This document shows positions 59,596 through 64,000 of a stretch of 64,000 bases of DNA, in pieces (the stretch's first letter is position 1; every line of letters begins with the position of its first letter). This DNA is from Vicinamibacterales bacterium (lineage in GTDB: Bacteria > Acidobacteriota > Vicinamibacteria > Vicinamibacterales > UBA8438). The stretch is taken from positions 2,570,012 to 2,634,011 of the forward strand of contig OZ244976.1 of assembly GCA_965222905.1 (NCBI GenBank). Direction: 5' to 3'. The position numbers were made by a program, and so were the translations under genes. Under the pieces are notes generated by a model, which worked only from the letters and a program-made list of their open reading frames with translations, searched no databases and had not been told where the DNA came from.

Positions 59596-59829
59596 TTATG
59601 ACGACAGCCACGCCGAGACATCGGCGGCTTCACGGGATGTCGTTTCGTCGTGGCGCACGACGTCGATCCCCAGGCTGCCGAGGTGATCGATGAACTCGCT
59701 CACGGACAGCCCGCTGACCTGTGCGGCCTTGCCGAGCGAGACGCAGCCTTCGCGGTAGAGACCGGTAGCGAGGGCATGTCGCGGTCCCGTCTCGGACCCG
59801 GTCAACGATCCTCCAGATCCACTGGTCAC
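59596..59829 (-). CDS. UPF0175-family antitoxin-like protein (orphan)
   Basis: 'ALATGLYREGCVSLGKAAQVSGLSVSEFIDHLGSLGIDV' matches the UPF0175 core. No DUF3368/PIN partner lies downstream. It has a short N-terminus and a GTG start. Confidence 0.6.
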   Translation of the reverse strand: MTSGSGGSLTGSETGPRHALATGLYREGCVSLGKAAQVSGLSVSEFIDHLGSLGIDVVRHDETTSREAADVSAWLSS

Positions 59830-59919
59830 ATACCAAGTCTATCCAGCGCCCGCGGACCGGTCTAGACTGACCCAAGCGAGGGATCCTCGCTCCCGGCCGA
59901 CACATCCAAGGAGGAGATC

Positions 59920-60504
59920 ATGAGTGCAGGCATCGAACAGCTCGTGAAGCGCTACGAAGGCGGTGGAATGACCCGTCGCGAGCTCGTGCTCGCCCTGTCC
60001 GCGCTGGTCATGGCCCGTCCGGCCGGCGGCGCGGCGGCGCAGCAGACCGCGGCCCCGGCGCCGATCCGCGTGCGCACCATGAATCACGTCACCCTCAGCG
60101 TCTCGGACGTGCAGCGGTCGGTGGAGTTCTACCAGCGGGTCCTCGGACTGCCGCTCGTCACCACGCAGGGGACCGAGCGCGACTGGGACGCGCCCGCGGT
60201 GCCCGTGCTCGGCATCGGCGACGGCCCGCAGTTCATCGCGCTGGCGCGAGGCGATCGACCGCACATCAACCACTACTGTCTCGGCATGGAGGGCTTCGAC
60301 GCCGCCGAGATCGTCGCCCGGCTGGCCGAGCACGGCATCGAGGCGCGGGTGCGCATGCGGGCCGACTCCGATCCGCCCGCCGAAGAGCTGATGTTCAACG
60401 ACCCGGACGGCATCCCGGTGCAGATCCAGGACGTGAGCTACTGCGGCGGCTCCGGGAAGCTCGGCGACCTGTGCGATCCGGACGACCGCCCGCGCGTCCG
60501 CTGA
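59920..60504 (+). CDS. VOC-family (glyoxalase/bleomycin-resistance/dioxygenase) protein with Tat-like signal
   Basis: 'MTRRELVLALSALVMARPAGGAAA', then 'MNHVTLSVSDVQRSVEFYQRVLGLPL' and 'INHYCLGM'. Confidence 0.8.
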   Translation: MSAGIEQLVKRYEGGGMTRRELVLALSALVMARPAGGAAAQQTAAPAPIRVRTMNHVTLSVSDVQRSVEFYQRVLGLPLVTTQGTERDWDAPAVPVLGIGDGPQFIALARGDRPHINHYCLGMEGFDAAEIVARLAEHGIEARVRMRADSDPPAEELMFNDPDGIPVQIQDVSYCGGSGKLGDLCDPDDRPRVR

Positions 60505-60544
60505 CGTGTTGACTTTCACTGTCCGTTTCTTCACCCTTGGAATC

Positions 60545-61942
60545 ATGACGGCCGGGCGTGCGTTGCTCGCCGGATGCCTCGTTCTGGTGCTGGCCGCTCC
60601 CGCCGCCGCCCAGCCTGCCGCGCAGGACGCGCACCCGGACATCCAACTGTTCCTGGACGCCGGGGTGCCGGGCGGGCCGCGGTCCAGGGAGGCGTTCGAG
60701 CAGCTCGGCGCGCAGTGGCGCGACGCCTACGCCGGCATCGTCTGGGACCTGGCGTGGCTGCTGCGCCCACCCGGCCAGGGGTTCGTCCATTTCTTCACGC
60801 TCATCGGGTTCCTGCAGGAGCAGACCGGGCAGCGCTTCGGCGGCGATCTGGCGGGCTGGCAGCAGTGGATCTGGTCGCAGCCCTACGATCCGCATCCCGA
60901 TCACGCCTTCTTCAAGGGGCAGTGGTACAGCCGAATCGATCCACGCTTTGCGGACTTCTTCCCGCGGGGGGCGACGTCGCTCATCCGGCTCGACGAGATC
61001 GAATGGGGCGGGGTGGCGGTGAACGGAATCCCGCCGCTGGCGTACCCGGAACGGCTCGACGCGGCTGACGCCGGCTACCTGGCGGACGACCATATCGTCT
61101 TCGGCATAGCTCTCGACGGCGAGGCGCGCGCCTATCCGAAGCGTATCCTGGCCTGGCACGAGATGGCCCTCGACCGGGTCGGCGGGGTCGAGCTCACCAT
61201 CGTCTACTGCACGCTGTGCGGAACGGTGATCCCGTTCGAGAGCGTGGCGGACGGCCGGCACCTGACGTTCGGTACGAGCGGGCTCCTCTATCGGTCGAAC
61301 AAGCTGATGTTCGACCACGAGACCAAGAGCCTCTGGAACACGTTCGAGGGCGTCCCGGTGGTCGGCGAGCTCGTCGGGAGCGGCCTGCGGCTGAACCCGC
61401 GTGCCGTGGTGACGACGACGTGGGGCGAGTGGCGGCGCCGGCATCCGGAGACCACCGTCCTGTCGCTCGACACCGGCCACCGCCGCAACTACGCGGAGGG
61501 CGCCGCCTACCGGACCTACTTCGGCAGCGACGACTTGATGTTCGCCGTCTCGCGGCGCGACGACCGGCTGCCGAACAAGGCGGAGGTTCTGGTTCTGCGC
61601 CTGCCGGACCCGGAACGTCCGGGCGAGCTGCTTCCGCTGGCCGTCACCGCACGTTTCCTGTCGCGCAATCGTGTCTTTCACCACGACTTCGCGGGGCGCC
61701 ACCTCGTGGTCGTGACCAGCGCGCAGGGCGCCAACCGGGTGTACGACGCCGGCGAGGTTCGCTTCGCGCGCCGCATCGACGACGAGCGGGTGATCGACGA
61801 CGCCGGACGAGCCTGGCGGGTGTCCGAGGACGCGCTCGTCCTGGAGGACGATGCGGGCGTGCGTCTCGCGCGCGTCCCGGCCCAGCGCGCCTTCTGGTTC
61901 GGCTGGTACGCGCAGTTTCCCGACACCGAGCTGATCGACTGA
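60545..61942 (+). CDS. DUF3179-domain secreted protein
   Basis: Signal 'MTAGRALLAGCLVLVLAAPAAAQ'. 'ARAYPKRILAWHEM', 'IVYCTLCGT' and 'GTSGLLYRSNKLMFDHETKSLW' are hallmark DUF3179 motifs. Confidence 0.8.
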   Translation: MTAGRALLAGCLVLVLAAPAAAQPAAQDAHPDIQLFLDAGVPGGPRSREAFEQLGAQWRDAYAGIVWDLAWLLRPPGQGFVHFFTLIGFLQEQTGQRFGGDLAGWQQWIWSQPYDPHPDHAFFKGQWYSRIDPRFADFFPRGATSLIRLDEIEWGGVAVNGIPPLAYPERLDAADAGYLADDHIVFGIALDGEARAYPKRILAWHEMALDRVGGVELTIVYCTLCGTVIPFESVADGRHLTFGTSGLLYRSNKLMFDHETKSLWNTFEGVPVVGELVGSGLRLNPRAVVTTTWGEWRRRHPETTVLSLDTGHRRNYAEGAAYRTYFGSDDLMFAVSRRDDRLPNKAEVLVLRLPDPERPGELLPLAVTARFLSRNRVFHHDFAGRHLVVVTSAQGANRVYDAGEVRFARRIDDERVIDDAGRAWRVSEDALVLEDDAGVRLARVPAQRAFWFGWYAQFPDTELID

Positions 61943-61948
61943 AGCCCC

Positions 61949-63250
61949 TCAGTTGCCCGACGCCCAGCGGTAGTTGATCCGCACGTAGAAGAACGCGCCG
62001 TTGGCGCCGAACGGCGTCTGCACGCTGAAGCGGTTGCCCTTGGCGCGGGCGATGGGATTCGCTTCCTGTTGGCAGTGTGGTTGAAGAGCAGGCCCAGCGT
62101 CGTCCGGCCGCCGAGGCGCGGCGGCGCGTAGGTCGCGACCAGGTCGAGGCCCTGCGTCAGCGTCTCGAAGTGGTTGGTGAAGAAGCGGAAGTTCTGCAGG
62201 TTGCGGGCGCTCGTCACCCCCTCGGCGAGCAGGCCCTCGACCTCCGGCGCGGTCAGCGAACAATTGGGTCAGCGCGAGCCTGTCCGCGAGGCGGATCCGG
62301 AAGTAGTCGGCGGTGAGGCTGAACGGTCCGGCGTCGGCCACGGTACCGATCGTGGTGCTGACCGAGCGCTCCGGCTGAAGCGCCTCGCCTCCGCGCAACG
62401 CGGCGACCCGCGAGGTGGACGGGATGGTGCCGTTGTTGACCAGATCCATCAGCTCGTGATCGTACTCGGTCGATACGTTGAAGGCGTTCTGCTGGCCCGG
62501 GGTCGGCGCCCGGAACCCGCTGCTGGCGCTGGCCCGCAGCGCGGCGCCGCCGCCAAGGCGGAGGCGTCCGGATAGCTTTCCGTTGGTGGTCGTGCCGAAG
62601 TCCTCGAAGTCCTCCAGACGAAGCGCGCCGCCCAGGCCGATCGTGAAGCGTTCGTCCCGCCACTCGGCGCCGCCGGCCAGGTGGACACGGTCGTGCAGCG
62701 GGTGCCGGCAGGACGAGCTCGGACTGAACGTCGACCTGAGAGGCCCGGATCGAAGGTGGTCGGCGTGGCCGGGCCGAGTGAGGCGTTGACGGTGTCGTGG
62801 ATGAAGAAGTCCGCCTCGCTGGAGCCGGCGCTCGCGCTCGCGTCCCACAGGACCCCGCCCGCGAGCTCGCCGCGCAGGCCGCCCACCAGCGACGCGTCGA
62901 GCACGTCGCCAGTTGTAGGAGGGGACGAGGGTCCGCAACTGATCGCCGACGTCGGTGCTGCCCTGGCTGACGACGTCCTGGTAGGGAATGGCGTCGATGG
63001 GCACGGTCGACTCGATCACGGACCGCGGCTGCGCGCGGCTGCCGACGACCGCCACGCGTTCTTCGAGCCGTATGGCCATCTCGACGTCGAGGACGGCCGT
63101 CTCTCCGCTGTTCACCCGCACGGCATCGCGCACCGCCGTCGTGAACCCCGGCAGCGTGAAGGTCACGTCGTACGCGCCCGGCTCGAGCGCCGGGATGGAG
63201 AAGCGACGGCACGCCTCCCGGACGGATCTCGGCAGCACCGGCTTCCCTGC
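61949..63250 (-). pseudogene. decayed TonB-dependent receptor paralog (5'-truncated, frameshifted, internally deleted)
   Basis: Receptor-like peptides lie in at least three frames: 'GAYDVTFTLPGFTT..VPIDAIPYQDV', 'LDASLVGGLRGELAGGVLWDASASAG', 'GFRAPTPGQQNAF..GPFSLTADYFRIRLADRLALTQLF', 'NLQNFRFFTNHFETLTQGLDLVATY', and the end 'FFYVRINYRWASGN*'. There is no signal peptide, and it is far too short for a full plug plus barrel. Confidence 0.65.
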
Positions 63251-63300
63251 ACCGAGGCTCGCGCGCCGGAGTGCCCGGGAAGACGCCGGAGACGACACGC

Positions 63301-64000
63301 TCAGCCGCCCCAGCCGTAGTTCAGGCGCGCGTAGTAGTACCCGCCGCTCAGGCCCCACGGCGTGAACTGGCTGTAGGGGAGGCCGAAAACCTCGGCGAAC
63401 AGGTCCATGCGGTCCGAGAAGGTGTCGGCGATGTTCTGGCCGCCGACCGACAACGTGACGCCCTCGCCGAGCGGGATGCTCAGGTCGAGGTCGACGATGG
63501 AACGGCCGGCCAGGAGCGGCGAGTCCGGGCCGCGCACGAAGCGCGCATCGAAGTGGTCGACCCACGAGCCGTAGTAGCTGAGGCGGCCGAGCAGGCGGAC
63601 CCGCGCGAGCTGCTGGTTGAGCGCGATGCTCCAGCGCGTCTTGGGCACGCCGCGCTCGAGGCCGAGCACCTCGCCGGGGCCGAGCAGGTCGGTTTCCCTG
63701 GTCACCTGCGTGTCGGTGTAGTTGAACGTGAAGTTGAGCACGGTGTCGCCCCCGAGATCCGGCGGGGTGTAGGTCGACACGATGTCGACGCCCTGGGTCC
63801 GGGTCTCGAAGTCGTTGATGAAGAACCGGAAGAAGGCCAGGGTGCCGGCCGACGCGATGCCTTCGGAGATCAGGAGCTCACGCTCGTCCTCGGTGAGGGT
63901 GAAGGTCTGCGACAGGGCGAGCCGGTCGGCGACGTCCACGCGGAAGTAGTCGGCGGTCAGCGTGAACGGGCCGTTGTCGACCACCACGCCGGCGGTGGTG
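63301..64000 (-). CDS. TonB-dependent receptor, C-terminal part (continues beyond the window)
   Basis: 'GPFTLTADYFRVDVADRLALSQTF...FFRFFINDFETRTQGVDIVSTY...YYYARLNYGWGG*'. The reading frame is open to position 64000. Confidence 0.8.
   Translation of the reverse strand, partial: TTAGVVVDNGPFTLTADYFRVDVADRLALSQTFTLTEDERELLISEGIASAGTLAFFRFFINDFETRTQGVDIVSTYTPPDLGGDTVLNFTFNYTDTQVTRETDLLGPGEVLGLERGVPKTRWSIALNQQLARVRLLGRLSYYGSWVDHFDARFVRGPDSPLLAGRSIVDLDLSIPLGEGVTLSVGGQNIADTFSDRMDLFAEVFGLPYSQFTPWGLSGGYYYARLNYGWGG

Overview
All calls rest on motif recognition by eye; I could not run any search, fold or alignment. This is a high-GC bacterial chromosomal window, roughly two-thirds G+C by eye. The gene content includes CarboxypepD_reg-type TonB receptors, a DUF1592/DUF1552 pair, LVIVD and PQQ-like propellers and planctomycete-type CxxCH proteins. 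That mix suggests an Acidobacteriota/Gemmatimonadota-like soil organism, but this is inference only. I support about 55 protein genes, two tRNAs (tRNA-Sec and tRNA-Ala), two pseudogenes and one gene relic. I recognised no rRNA, CRISPR array, transposase or integrase.

Layout:
- 0-27 kb is mostly housekeeping: a Fur-like regulator, a PHP/HAD operon, csp, asparaginase, an AddAB-like operon, apbC, pcm, glk, infA and a dehydratase.
- 27.7-35.7 kb is a co-directional cluster of secreted or outer-membrane proteins, built around a cytochrome-c/PHM-like copper monooxygenase fusion.
- 36.5-40 kb, 42.3 kb, 44.9-47 kb, 49.7-51.9 kb and 53.3-59.9 kb are small accessory patches. They carry toxin-antitoxin genes and relics (Fic, RES-Xre, MazF, a VapC relic, UPF0175), ATPase/PD-(D/E)XK nuclease genes and unusual fusions.

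Best candidates for something undescribed:
1. A 2.2-kb nuclease-rich insertion splits the DUF1592/DUF1552 pair. One cassette in it is bracketed by a 36-nt direct repeat of the host gene's 3' end, and it also holds a GIY-YIG-like/antitoxin fusion coupled to MazF.
2. The secreted heme-c/copper-monooxygenase cluster.
3. A single-polypeptide GHKL kinase-like + STAS-like protein lying convergent with an AAA/PD-(D/E)XK gene.
4. A two-gene module at 53.8-55.5 kb whose larger gene has a dead ImmA/IrrE-like motif and a 1-nt frameshift.
5. A Fur + rubrerythrin-like fusion.

Many very long ORFs in the six-frame track are GC-driven shadow frames and were rejected.
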